Notes: generated from the sequence alone by a model not told the origin. Shown: positions 29,209 through 39,007, counted from the stretch's first letter. The stretch is DNA of 54,724 bases from Fidelibacterota bacterium (GCA_046861645.1 JBHHUM010000007.1:1-54724), one strand, 5' to 3'. Numbers and translations: made by a program.

Positions 29209-30093
29209 TTAGAGATTTTTACTATCTACAACTTTCCTATTCCAAGTCAATCCCTGTGAATCAAGATATCTATAAGTTTCTTCAAATTCCTGGACAAGTC
29301 GTTCCTTTACTGTAGGAGAAATTGCATCTTTTTCAGCTTTCCCGAATAAATCAATAAGCGATTTGCGTGAAAACTTCATGAAAGTACTATCTAACATTGA
29401 TTGATAGAGATCCGGTTTCTTTTTTTTAATGGGCAGTATTGTTTTTCGGTAGATGTATCGAAAACCTTTTCCTCCCGTAACGTTTTTCGAATTTTTACTT
29501 TCCTCGGGAAGTGGGACCTCGCTGAGTGATAAATATTTTAGAATTTCAGACCAGAAAATTTCAGTATTTGATAGAGCTATCTCTAACCGATTAACATAAA
29601 AATTGTGCCTAAAAATGTTCTCAAACTTTGGAATTGTACATTCATAATGACTGTCTCTTTTCATGTAATGGTTTTGATTATCTAATATATCTTCAAGAGT
29701 TACCTTTTCTGGAATTTCACCTAACTGCTTACTAAAGTAAAAGTGTGATAAAAGTCGTTCTACAGGATCTCGTAACATCACCATGACTTTTGTTTTTGGA
29801 TTATATTCATTAATCTGTTCAGCTACATCTGGATTTCTAAAATAGGATGTTGAAGACTCACCATAATATCGCAAACCAAGGTTGAAATTGAAGTTTTGAT
29901 GATACTTTTCTAAACCATTAGGGTATAAGACTCCAAAATAATTAAGCTCCTTAATACTGGACATAAATACATCTGGATGTTCACCTAAAAGACCATGGAG
30001 CCAAGTTGTTCCTGCTTTATTGACGCCTATGATAAATAGATTAACTTTTTCCGTGATTCTTTTTGGGGTAATCACAACATTATCAAGTTTCAT
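29209..30093 (-). CDS. PAPS-dependent sulfotransferase (tandem paralog)
   Basis: IIGVNKAGTTWL...HPDV, KELNYF, GESSTSY, RDPVERLLSHF; start taken at ATG 30093 (ORF extends to 30165). Confidence 0.88.
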   Translation of the reverse strand: MKLDNVVITPKRITEKVNLFIIGVNKAGTTWLHGLLGEHPDVFMSSIKELNYFGVLYPNGLEKYHQNFNFNLGLRYYGESSTSYFRNPDVAEQINEYNPKTKVMVMLRDPVERLLSHFYFSKQLGEIPEKVTLEDILDNQNHYMKRDSHYECTIPKFENIFRHNFYVNRLEIALSNTEIFWSEILKYLSLSEVPLPEESKNSKNVTGGKGFRYIYRKTILPIKKKKPDLYQSMLDSTFMKFSRKSLIDLFGKAEKDAISPTVKERLVQEFEETYRYLDSQGLTWNRKVVDSKNL

Positions 30094-30171
30094 GAATAAA
30101 TTGAACTTTCTATCATTCCTACAAGAACAAAATTCATTCGATCTAGCAACGACATCTAACACCAAAAGAAT

Positions 30172-31164
30172 TCATAATTTGTTTTCAGAATTACGATTCT
30201 TATTTAATGAATCTCTGTAAAGTGATTTTCTATTACTAATTCGTCCTTTCCAACTCCCCGGCCCATATTTACCCCATAAACGGCTTATTTCACGAACAAA
30301 TGGATTGCGTGGAGCCAAGTAATGCTTCTCCATTATATCTTTTCCTTCAAATAACTTAGTTAACAAATCTTCATGACTTGAATCCAGTATAAAACTCACC
30401 ATAGGGACTTCCATCACTTTTGGATGGTAGACAGCATGTCCCCACAATCCATCTTCGCCCATGCAATCGCCATGATCACTGACAATGATGACATGACATG
30501 GTTTCGGCAGGAGTTTCAATAAATAAGGAAAATGAATGTCCACATATTCAAGGCATGCTGCCTGTCCTTGCACATTCCGTGGACCATTCCGATAAGGGAT
30601 ATGAGTGGATGAAATGTTTAAAAAAAAGAATAACGGTCTAGTATCCTTTCCATTCAAAAGATTTTTTATCAGCTTTATTTGATTTTCAAAACTGTTAGGT
30701 TCTTCTTCAGCAAATCCTTCTTCCCAGTAAAATTCTTCAAAATAATTCTTCTCCCAAAAGCCTGAAGTTACGTAGCGTGTATCAAACCAGTGAACTCCTC
30801 CAATCCCGAGTGTTCTGTAATTCAATTTTTTAAAACCAGTCACAATATTGGGGGCTGATGGAGTCGGATATTTAGCGTCGGTTTTTCTATCCCAAGGAAG
30901 TTGTGCTTTAAACAAGTTTTCTTTTTTACGATTGTATGGACCAGGGACATCATTAGTATTCCAACAGGGTAAAATTCCCGCATGGAGCATGGATATGTGT
31001 GAAGCTAGAGTATGAGTTCCATGGGAACCGACCTTTACCCAATTATCTACACGCACTGCCGCAAATAGAGCATCAAAATTGGGGGTATTCGCTTGCAAAG
31101 CGGCGTCATATCTCAGTGAGTCTAAAGTAATTAGGGCTATATTAATATCTCTTTTATCATTCAT
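30172..31164 (-). CDS. Alkaline-phosphatase/sulfatase-superfamily enzyme (STM4013-like), no FGly motif
   Basis: ITLDSLRYD, GTHTLASH, IGGVHWF, STHIPY, SDHG, WGH...VMEVP; no signal peptide. Confidence 0.78.
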   Translation of the reverse strand: MNDKRDINIALITLDSLRYDAALQANTPNFDALFAAVRVDNWVKVGSHGTHTLASHISMLHAGILPCWNTNDVPGPYNRKKENLFKAQLPWDRKTDAKYPTPSAPNIVTGFKKLNYRTLGIGGVHWFDTRYVTSGFWEKNYFEEFYWEEGFAEEEPNSFENQIKLIKNLLNGKDTRPLFFFLNISSTHIPYRNGPRNVQGQAACLEYVDIHFPYLLKLLPKPCHVIIVSDHGDCMGEDGLWGHAVYHPKVMEVPMVSFILDSSHEDLLTKLFEGKDIMEKHYLAPRNPFVREISRLWGKYGPGSWKGRISNRKSLYRDSLNKNRNSENKL

Positions 31165-31223
31165 TTCAACATCCAGTTATATGAAGCTAATAATACTTCT
31201 CCTATTCGTACAAGTATTCCCCG

Positions 31224-32147
31224 TTAGATGAAAATATCATCCCGAGTGATTGACCGAACCTTAAGAATTTTGTGTGGATTTTTTCCCCCAGTTACTCCTG
31301 CAAAGATTAAACGTAACCACTCTTTAGTTCGATCAACTCTATAATATCTTCTAATCCGATTATCTGGGAATTGTTCTCCCCCTCTTTTCCATTCTCCGAT
31401 AAATCCACTTAAATAGTTCAAAGCGTAACCAGGACTTTCAGTAAAGATATAGGCAAAAACTCTAATCAAAACCTGCCAGAGTGGTTGATGCATATGCCAA
31501 GCTCTTTGACCACGACTCTTGCCAATCACACCATATGCTCCTTTGTAGTCCGTTGGTCGGGTTGTTTCGACAAATACATTTTCTAGCAAAATAGTTCTCC
31601 AACCTTCAATTTTTGCCAAGATACACATGGTAGCATCTGGAGAACGGCTATAGGGCACACCTCCTATTTTCCTGAAACAATCCCCTTTGATAAGCACTCG
31701 ACCTGCCAAAGGTAAATCAATTCTTTGAAAATGTTCCAGACGATACTTAGTACCTTCTGCTACTACGGATACTGCTCCTGTGATACCGACATTTTCATCC
31801 TCCTGAGCACTCTTTAATCTTAGCCAGAAATTAGGTCCAAAACGAACATCTGCGTCGAGAATTCCTATAAAATCTGCCTTATCCACCCAATCCTGAATCT
31901 CACGAAAACCCGATCGGACTACATCGGAATAATGAAACCCCATATACCCGGCACGATGTTCAAGCCGATGGATTCTCAAGTAATCCAAATCCTTTCCGAA
32001 ATCGCGAAAGAGATCACCTGTGCCATCACTACTACCATCATCTACAACTAACCAACAATCAGGTTGATAAGTACTGACACGCATGCAGGCAACCAATCCT
32101 TCCACTTGGTCTGCTTCATCCCTGGCTGGAGTTAATACAACGAACAT
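31224..32147 (-). CDS. Glycosyltransferase family 2
   Basis: TPARDE, VVDDGSSDGT, ILDAD (DxD). Confidence 0.88.
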   Translation of the reverse strand: MFVVLTPARDEADQVEGLVACMRVSTYQPDCWLVVDDGSSDGTGDLFRDFGKDLDYLRIHRLEHRAGYMGFHYSDVVRSGFREIQDWVDKADFIGILDADVRFGPNFWLRLKSAQEDENVGITGAVSVVAEGTKYRLEHFQRIDLPLAGRVLIKGDCFRKIGGVPYSRSPDATMCILAKIEGWRTILLENVFVETTRPTDYKGAYGVIGKSRGQRAWHMHQPLWQVLIRVFAYIFTESPGYALNYLSGFIGEWKRGGEQFPDNRIRRYYRVDRTKEWLRLIFAGVTGGKNPHKILKVRSITRDDIFI

Positions 32148-32154
32148 GTTATAA

Positions 32155-33276
32155 TTATAATTGAGCTAATTCCTCAATTTTCCTCACAAAATTCTCCCAG
32201 GAAATTATCTGCTTATGGCTGGAAATATTTTGAGAAAACTTTTGCTCCAACCTTTCATTATAAAATTTTATTATGGCTTCAGCAATTGCATCAGAATCAC
32301 ACTGGACTGTAAAGCCTACTTCTCCATCGACAACGATTTCAGGTAATCCTCCCACATCAGTGACTATTACAGGTCGATCAAAATTAAATGCGATAGGTAC
32401 TATTCCACTTTGAGTTGCCGAACGATAGGGTAAAACAACGACATCTGCTGCAGAAAAATAGAAATGAACTTCATCATCGGGAACAAATTCAGTTCTTAGA
32501 TCAACTACATCAGTAATTTGCAATGATTTAATCAACTGATGGTACTTCTCAATATCTTCATAACATTCACCCGCTATGAGTATGGTGAAGTCTTCCAACT
32601 CTGTCTTGAGCTTGGGAACTGCATTGAGCAAAATGTCCAGTCCCTTATACCTTCGTATTACACCAAAGTTAAGTATTACACGATCATTCTGGACACCCAG
32701 TTGTTTACGTGCTTCTTCCTTAGGAAGTCTTTTGTAAAAAATATTATAAACTGGATGGGGAGCGTAGCGATATTCTGCGTCTGGATACCTTTCAACCAAG
32801 TCATTTTCTACCGACTTGGACATAACTATAAAACTGTCTATTTTATTTAGCAATTGTCGAGTGAGAAATTCATCGTAGAAGTGCTTCTCATGAGGAACAA
32901 TGTTATCACATATGGCTAGAGTTTTAATATCCATCTTTCTCTTTACCCTTTTTAATACAGAAGCAAAAGCTGGTGCAAAAAACGGCATCCAATATCGGAA
33001 GATCAGAAGTTCAGGAGAATAATCAATTATTCGTTGAGCAGTCTTTCTCCAAGATAAAGGATTAATAGAACTTAATATGCGCTCACTCTGGAATTTTATT
33101 GCTGGTGGGCCTTTCTTTAATTGAGTACTTCCCGGAAAAAATAACTTCGGATATTGGGTGGTAAAATTTAAGGGTAAGATATCGTGTTGTCTGGAGAGAT
33201 TTAGAAATAGTGCGGAATTCAGATCAGCTATTCCACCCCTGAAGGGTGGAAAAGTTCCCACAATAGAAATTTTCAT
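32155..33276 (-). CDS. Glycosyltransferase family 4
   Basis: PFRGGIA, FGVIRRYKGLD, DVVVLPYRSATQSG, TDVGGLPE. Confidence 0.92.
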   Translation of the reverse strand: MKISIVGTFPPFRGGIADLNSALFLNLSRQHDILPLNFTTQYPKLFFPGSTQLKKGPPAIKFQSERILSSINPLSWRKTAQRIIDYSPELLIFRYWMPFFAPAFASVLKRVKRKMDIKTLAICDNIVPHEKHFYDEFLTRQLLNKIDSFIVMSKSVENDLVERYPDAEYRYAPHPVYNIFYKRLPKEEARKQLGVQNDRVILNFGVIRRYKGLDILLNAVPKLKTELEDFTILIAGECYEDIEKYHQLIKSLQITDVVDLRTEFVPDDEVHFYFSAADVVVLPYRSATQSGIVPIAFNFDRPVIVTDVGGLPEIVVDGEVGFTVQCDSDAIAEAIIKFYNERLEQKFSQNISSHKQIISWENFVRKIEELAQL

Positions 33277-33288
33277 TCTGCCGAAGAA

Positions 33289-34218
33289 CTAATCTTCGAT
33301 AACCTGATAGTCCCGTTCCTCTCTGGTTTGCTGCGCTCGAGCAATCATCTCAGCAATCAAACCAACAGAGAAAAACCACAGTCCTAGAAAAAACAACATG
33401 GCACCGAAAAGTATCAGAGCAAAATGCTTTTGGAAAGAATGTCCAGCGAAAACTTTTAGATAAATTACATATCCTTCAATCACAAATGATACCAGAGTAC
33501 TGCCCACCCCAAATAAACCAAAGAGGTGCAGGGGACGTTGATCAAACCGATCTAAAAAAAGGACAGATAGTAAATCGAAAAAGCCGTGGAAGAATCTAAA
33601 TCCACCATACTTGGTTTTACCATATTGTCGGGGGCGATGATTAACGACAATCTCACCGACCTTAAATTTTCTTTGACCAGCCAGTACTGGAATGTAACGG
33701 TGACGACCTCCATAGACATCGATAGACTTAACTAATTCCTTTCGGTAAATTTTTAGACCACAGTTAAAATCATGGATTTTGATCCCGGTCAGCAACCTAG
33801 TAACAATATTGAATAGTTTGGATGGCCATCGCTTGGAAAGTGGATCAAGTCGCTTCTTTTTCCATCCGGAGACAAGGTCATATCCCTCCTCTAATTTTGC
33901 CACTAGATTGGGGATCTCCCCAGGATCATCCTGGAGATCGCCATCCAAAGTTACAATATAATCACCACTGGCCCGCTTAAACCCAGCTCTCAAAGCAGCC
34001 GATTTACCAGCATTCTTTAAAAGCCGAAGACTGATCACATGCTCATTCTGAGTGGCTTGATCCCTGATAAATTGTGCGGAACCATCACTACTACCATCAT
34101 CTACACAAACAATCTCATAATCATAATTACCTTTGAGGACAGAGGCCAGTTCATCCAATAATTCCGGCAAAGATTCCAGTTCATTATAAATAGGAATTAC
34201 AATGGAGAGCTTTTTCAT
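33289..34218 (-). CDS. Polyprenyl-phosphate glycosyltransferase, GT2 (GtrB/ArnC/DPM-like)
   Basis: VIPIYNE, VDDGSSDG, GKSAAL, LDGDLQDDP, HDFNCGLK, HRPR; two C-terminal TM helices. Confidence 0.92.
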   Translation of the reverse strand: MKKLSIVIPIYNELESLPELLDELASVLKGNYDYEIVCVDDGSSDGSAQFIRDQATQNEHVISLRLLKNAGKSAALRAGFKRASGDYIVTLDGDLQDDPGEIPNLVAKLEEGYDLVSGWKKKRLDPLSKRWPSKLFNIVTRLLTGIKIHDFNCGLKIYRKELVKSIDVYGGRHRYIPVLAGQRKFKVGEIVVNHRPRQYGKTKYGGFRFFHGFFDLLSVLFLDRFDQRPLHLFGLFGVGSTLVSFVIEGYVIYLKVFAGHSFQKHFALILFGAMLFFLGLWFFSVGLIAEMIARAQQTREERDYQVIED

Positions 34219-34227
34219 AAAATCATA

Positions 34228-35790
34228 TCACTGACTATTTGTGGAATTCTCTAACCCAATCTTATTAGGTTCTGTTACTAAAAATTTTAGTATCTCATTC
34301 AAATGTTCCTGCACAACTTCACTATCTCCCTCAATTTCCAGTGAACGGTCGATAAAATTTTTAGCTTTGTTGAAAAATCCCATTCTGAAATATATCCACC
34401 CTACTGTATCAAGATAAGCAGCATTATTAGGCTCCAGTTGAATAGCACGATTGGCCATTTCGAGAGCTTTTTCTAAGTTGATTCCCCTTTCAGCCAGAGC
34501 ATAGCTGTAATTGTTAAGGGCTTGACTATCATCAGCATTACCTGCTAATAATTCTTCGTATAGTTTATCCATATCTTCCCACTCTTTCAGATAATTCAAA
34601 ACGGTAGCTAACAAATGTTTTGTAGTACGAGAATCAGGAGAAATCTCTAAAGCTGTCTGTAAACTCATCTTAGCTAAAAGATAGTTCTTTTCCATACTAT
34701 AACTGCTTCCTAAAAGATAATTCACTGAAAAATCGTCCGGAAACAAATTACGAGCCTGAAGGAGTACTCCAATCGCTTCGAGAGGTTTTTCTTGATTAAT
34801 ATAGGCTAAAGCCAAGTTTGTATACCCTTCCAAATCATCTGGATAAGAATCCTTCATTTCAAGGGAAAATGCTTCCATGGCTTGATAATCCTCCTTTTGG
34901 AGGCTAATTAAACCCAAATAATAAAGTGTTTGAGAATCCTTATGTCCACGAATATAAAGATTTGTCAGTATGGAATCTGCTTTTTCGTAATTTTCATTTT
35001 CATAGTAAAGAACCGCTAACATCTTCAGGGATTCGGTACTATTATTTGAAGAAAGAGAAACGACATTTTCCAGTCCAGCGATTGCCTGATCAAGTTTTCT
35101 GAGAATCACAGCAAGCTCACTAAAATTTTGCCAATAGCCAAGATTCCTGGGCTCCTGATTTACTAAAAGTCGATAAGCATCAAAGGCATATTCTAGATCC
35201 CCCATTTCAGCGGATAGCTCAGCTGCTCTTACTAGCGCGGTTGTTTCACTGTTATCCTGATCGAATATTGCTCTGAACTGATCCCTCGCCTTCTGCTTTT
35301 CACCTTTACGAAGAGCTAATTCTGCCAGGATATAACTGTATTCAATTTTATCTGGATAGGTTGATTTGAGCATCCAGTAATGCTCTTCCGCTTTAGGCAG
35401 ATCTTCCTTCATCAGGTAGAATTTTCCTAATAAGTTTCTTACCTCCTCATGCAGTGGGTCTGAAGAGAGTGCTTCCAGTAAAGCTGCTTCGGCATTAGAG
35501 GTTTTACCAAGATGCAAATAGGCTTTAGCTAGAGAAGCAAGGATATCTGCTGCACCAGAATCATATTTTAAGGCATCTTGATACTCCAAAATTGCAAGGG
35601 CGTATTTCTGCTGCATCATCAGAAACTCACCATTCATAAAATGCTCCAAGGCTCGAGTATTGATTTCCGGAATCTCACCTTTCTCCTCAACTGCTTCCAC
35701 TGGTGATTCCGGCTCCACCGATTGATTTACAAGGCATCCTGATAAAAACAGGCTTACTAAAACAATGAGTCGTTTTTCTTTTGTTTGCAT
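34228..35790 (-). CDS. TPR-repeat lipoprotein
   Basis: Lipobox LSG-C at residue 19; continuous TPRs ending ALNNYSYALA...YLDTVGWIYF. Confidence 0.88.
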   Translation of the reverse strand: MQTKEKRLIVLVSLFLSGCLVNQSVEPESPVEAVEEKGEIPEINTRALEHFMNGEFLMMQQKYALAILEYQDALKYDSGAADILASLAKAYLHLGKTSNAEAALLEALSSDPLHEEVRNLLGKFYLMKEDLPKAEEHYWMLKSTYPDKIEYSYILAELALRKGEKQKARDQFRAIFDQDNSETTALVRAAELSAEMGDLEYAFDAYRLLVNQEPRNLGYWQNFSELAVILRKLDQAIAGLENVVSLSSNNSTESLKMLAVLYYENENYEKADSILTNLYIRGHKDSQTLYYLGLISLQKEDYQAMEAFSLEMKDSYPDDLEGYTNLALAYINQEKPLEAIGVLLQARNLFPDDFSVNYLLGSSYSMEKNYLLAKMSLQTALEISPDSRTTKHLLATVLNYLKEWEDMDKLYEELLAGNADDSQALNNYSYALAERGINLEKALEMANRAIQLEPNNAAYLDTVGWIYFRMGFFNKAKNFIDRSLEIEGDSEVVQEHLNEILKFLVTEPNKIGLENSTNSQ

Positions 35791-35819
35791 TTTATTGCTT
35801 ACACTTTTTCTCGTCGGAA

Positions 35820-35848
35820 AAATTATCTTTATCCCTATGATATGACAA
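35820..35848 (-). promoter_or_regulatory. Putative promoter TTGTCA-17-TAATTT heading the glycan operon
   Basis: 17-nt spacer in the divergent intergenic region. Confidence 0.6.
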
Positions 35849-35898
35849 GGGAATTTACGTATTTTAACGCGTTTGACATAATATTCGGAGATTAAGAA

Positions 35899-37212
35899 AT
35901 GAAAACCACACTTTTAAGCATCTTGATATTAATTAGTTCCCCATACAGCCAAAGTGCAGAAACATTTCATCAACGACGAAATATCGTCCGAAATGAACTA
36001 CCTGTTAAATCAGCGATGGTGCTTTATACCGCCAGCGTTCATATGAGGAATAGAGATGTAAGTTTTGAATTTAGACCAGATAGTGATTTCTGGTACTTGA
36101 CTGGTCACCAAGAACCGGGAGGTGTACTATTATTACTCTCCAAAGACATCACCAAAGAACGTCCATCACTTATTCATGGAGAAATTATTTTCACTTTACC
36201 ACGCAATCCTAAGATTGAAGTATGGACAGGAAAAAGAATGGGAGTAGTAGGTGCATTGCAAGACTTAGGCTTTGATTCTGCTGAGCCGGTGGACTCTTTT
36301 AAAGTGCTTTTCAACGACCTACTGACAATAATCGATACTCTATATACAAACCTTACATCCTCTAATCGCTATGGAGTACCAAATATTCAAGAAGACATAC
36401 TTGATGATTTTGATTTAAGTCAGATTAATCTTAAAAGTGCTGGAGAAATCATTCATCCTCTGCGACACGTAAAAAGTGCTGAGGAGATTACATACCTGCG
36501 ACAGGCTATTGATATTACAGCAGAATCACTTTTAGAGGCGATGAAGGTAGTAGAACCTGGGATAAAGGAAAATAATATCGAAGCTGTAATTGAGTTTATT
36601 TACAGAGACTCAGGGAGCGATCGTCCTGGTTTTCCTTCAATAGTAGGATCAGGAGAAAATAGTACAATTCTGCATTATACTGAAAATAATCGCAAAATGG
36701 AGCAAGGGGAACTACTATTAATGGATGTAGGAGCAGAATATAAAATGTATTCTGCAGATATTAGCAGAACCATCCCCGTTAGTGGCAGATTCACTGAACC
36801 ACAGGCTGAACTCTATTCCATTGTTCTAGAAGCTCAACAAACTGTGTTCGATTCAGTTCGCACTGGCATGACTATCAAGGAGCTTAATAAGATCGCTAAA
36901 GATTATCTGGCTAATAAAGAGTTTGATCAGTATTTCATTCATGGAATTGGTCACTGGTTGGGTCTTGATGTGCACGACGTAGGAGGTCGTAAGGCAAAGA
37001 TAAAAGTTGGTTCTGTTTTTACAATTGAACCGGGTATTTATATTGCCGAAGATGATACTACTGCTCCTGAACAGTACCGGGGAATTGGTATCCGGATAGA
37101 AGATGATGTGTTGATGACTGAAGAGGGACCTGTATGGTTATCAGGAAGAGTACCTAAAGAAATAAAAGAAATAGAAAGAATTATGCGGCGCAAATCAAAA
37201 CGATTTAAATAA
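35899..37212 (+). CDS. pepP: Xaa-Pro aminopeptidase (M24B), with signal peptide
   Basis: FRPDSDFWYLTG, LHY, DVGAEY..YSADISRT, HGIGHWLGLDVHD, TIEPGIY, GIRIEDD. Confidence 0.92.
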   Translation: MKTTLLSILILISSPYSQSAETFHQRRNIVRNELPVKSAMVLYTASVHMRNRDVSFEFRPDSDFWYLTGHQEPGGVLLLLSKDITKERPSLIHGEIIFTLPRNPKIEVWTGKRMGVVGALQDLGFDSAEPVDSFKVLFNDLLTIIDTLYTNLTSSNRYGVPNIQEDILDDFDLSQINLKSAGEIIHPLRHVKSAEEITYLRQAIDITAESLLEAMKVVEPGIKENNIEAVIEFIYRDSGSDRPGFPSIVGSGENSTILHYTENNRKMEQGELLLMDVGAEYKMYSADISRTIPVSGRFTEPQAELYSIVLEAQQTVFDSVRTGMTIKELNKIAKDYLANKEFDQYFIHGIGHWLGLDVHDVGGRKAKIKVGSVFTIEPGIYIAEDDTTAPEQYRGIGIRIEDDVLMTEEGPVWLSGRVPKEIKEIERIMRRKSKRFK

Positions 37213-37215
37213 TAG

Positions 37216-38952
37216 TCAATTTGCTAAACCTACATCATTACCACCTCTCCTTTTCACTTCATACATAACTTCATCAGCCGCAGCAATGAGTTCCTTAATC
37301 TCCTTTCCATTGGAAGGAAATTCGGCTGCACCGGCACTGATTGTTATCCTTTCAGATATTCCACTTTCAAAAAATTCATACCCTCCAATGCTGTTTACCA
37401 TCCTCTTCATAGTAGATAAAATACTTTCTTTATGGGCATTGATTAGAATCACCGCAAATTCCTCACCTCCATAGCGTGCTACAATATCAATTGCTCTTAC
37501 GCTTTCTTTTAAAAGTCGAGCAGTTTCCTTAAGTACATAGTCCCCATACAGATGACCATAGGTATCATTTATCCGTTTGAATTTGTCCAGATCAAGAATA
37601 ACGACAACAAGACACTCATCATACCGTTTAGCACGTTGTAATTCGTCTGTCAGCCGTTCGACAAAAAAACGATGATTGTATAATCCCGTTAGTCCATCTC
37701 GTGAAGCTGTCTCGCGAATATTACTAAACACATGCCACCAATCGATCAATATCCCCAAATCGTAAGCCACTATTTCAAGTAGTTCACGAATAGAATCGTC
37801 ATAATGTGACGAGGTAAAACTTTCCAGGATTAACGCTCCTTGAATACCATGTTTATTAGAGATAGGAACAGCTAGATATGACTGGAAATTATATTCCTGA
37901 ATATCCCCGGCAGAATACCTGCCCACCGAGGAGGTTTCATCCCTTGAACCAAATATCAGGGGCTTCATGCTCTTTAAAACCTCTTCCAGATGACTCCCGG
38001 CATATTCAAATTCATCCCCAACTCCATAATCCATCGTAAAACCTGAACTCCCTACAATCACTGCTTTCCCAGGGGATAAACGATCTATCAACACAATAGA
38101 AAGTTTATCAAAGGAAAATTCAACTTCACAAAATCTTACCAGAGACGAAAGCATTTCTTCCTTAGAGCGAGTGAGATCAAGTTCTCCAACCATATGGCGA
38201 AAGTTCTTTTCGAATAGTTTTATGGAATGAAGTTGAGCTTGGGCCGTTAGTAGTCGCAGATGATTACCAATTTGATCGGCATAATTCTCTAATAGAATTT
38301 TATCTCGATCACCCAATTCATCAAATCTGTTGACAAAAACAGTCAATAAACCTTTAATTTTTCTATCGAAGCGGATAGGAGCGGCAAGTACTGCTCCTTG
38401 GAATCGATCTGTCTTCTTGGTATTAACAAGCATCTCAAAGAGGTCATCATCTTCACCAGGTAGAAACAAACCTGCTCCCATAGTAGAAATGATCTGTTTC
38501 ACGTTCTCATCATCTGGATCCAGTGCTTCCCTGAACATGGACTCTTCACCAGACTCCCTTCTTAACACCAGTTCAGTTCCAGCGAGATTCGCTAAATAAA
38601 TGCCTGACTTAAATAATGGAAAAACATTCTGCAAATATTTTATAGTCCCCTCAAGCAAATCATCCAACAAATCCTCCTCCTCCTTTTTTAAACTACCGAC
38701 CATATCTGAAGGAGAGGTGGTTTTAGGGGTCATTTCCAAGTTATGGTGTTCCATTGAAGAAGACTTTCGAATAGGTTGCAACGATTGATAAAAAAGGAAA
38801 CCAATTAAAAAAACTACGATGATGCGTAATCCTGAGAAGAGGATTCCTCCTGGTGCCGGATAGACAAAAAGCACAAACAGAACGAGAATCAGGAGGATAC
38901 TCAGGAACGCTGCTGTTGAAAGCGCTTCAGTCAGTTGCTTGCGATAACTCAC
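37216..38952 (-). CDS. Membrane-anchored GAF-GAF-GGDEF diguanylate cyclase
   Basis: Two N-terminal TM helices, two GAF-like regions, DGLTGLYN, DLDKFKRINDTYGH..GD, RAID I-site (RxxD), RYGGEEF. Confidence 0.92.
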   Translation of the reverse strand: MSYRKQLTEALSTAAFLSILLILVLFVLFVYPAPGGILFSGLRIIVVFLIGFLFYQSLQPIRKSSSMEHHNLEMTPKTTSPSDMVGSLKKEEEDLLDDLLEGTIKYLQNVFPLFKSGIYLANLAGTELVLRRESGEESMFREALDPDDENVKQIISTMGAGLFLPGEDDDLFEMLVNTKKTDRFQGAVLAAPIRFDRKIKGLLTVFVNRFDELGDRDKILLENYADQIGNHLRLLTAQAQLHSIKLFEKNFRHMVGELDLTRSKEEMLSSLVRFCEVEFSFDKLSIVLIDRLSPGKAVIVGSSGFTMDYGVGDEFEYAGSHLEEVLKSMKPLIFGSRDETSSVGRYSAGDIQEYNFQSYLAVPISNKHGIQGALILESFTSSHYDDSIRELLEIVAYDLGILIDWWHVFSNIRETASRDGLTGLYNHRFFVERLTDELQRAKRYDECLVVVILDLDKFKRINDTYGHLYGDYVLKETARLLKESVRAIDIVARYGGEEFAVILINAHKESILSTMKRMVNSIGGYEFFESGISERITISAGAAEFPSNGKEIKELIAAADEVMYEVKRRGGNDVGLAN

Positions 38953-39007
38953 GGATATAACTTAAGTTCCGAGGAGAAAAAAAGAAAGAAGAGACAAGTG
39001 AAAAAGA

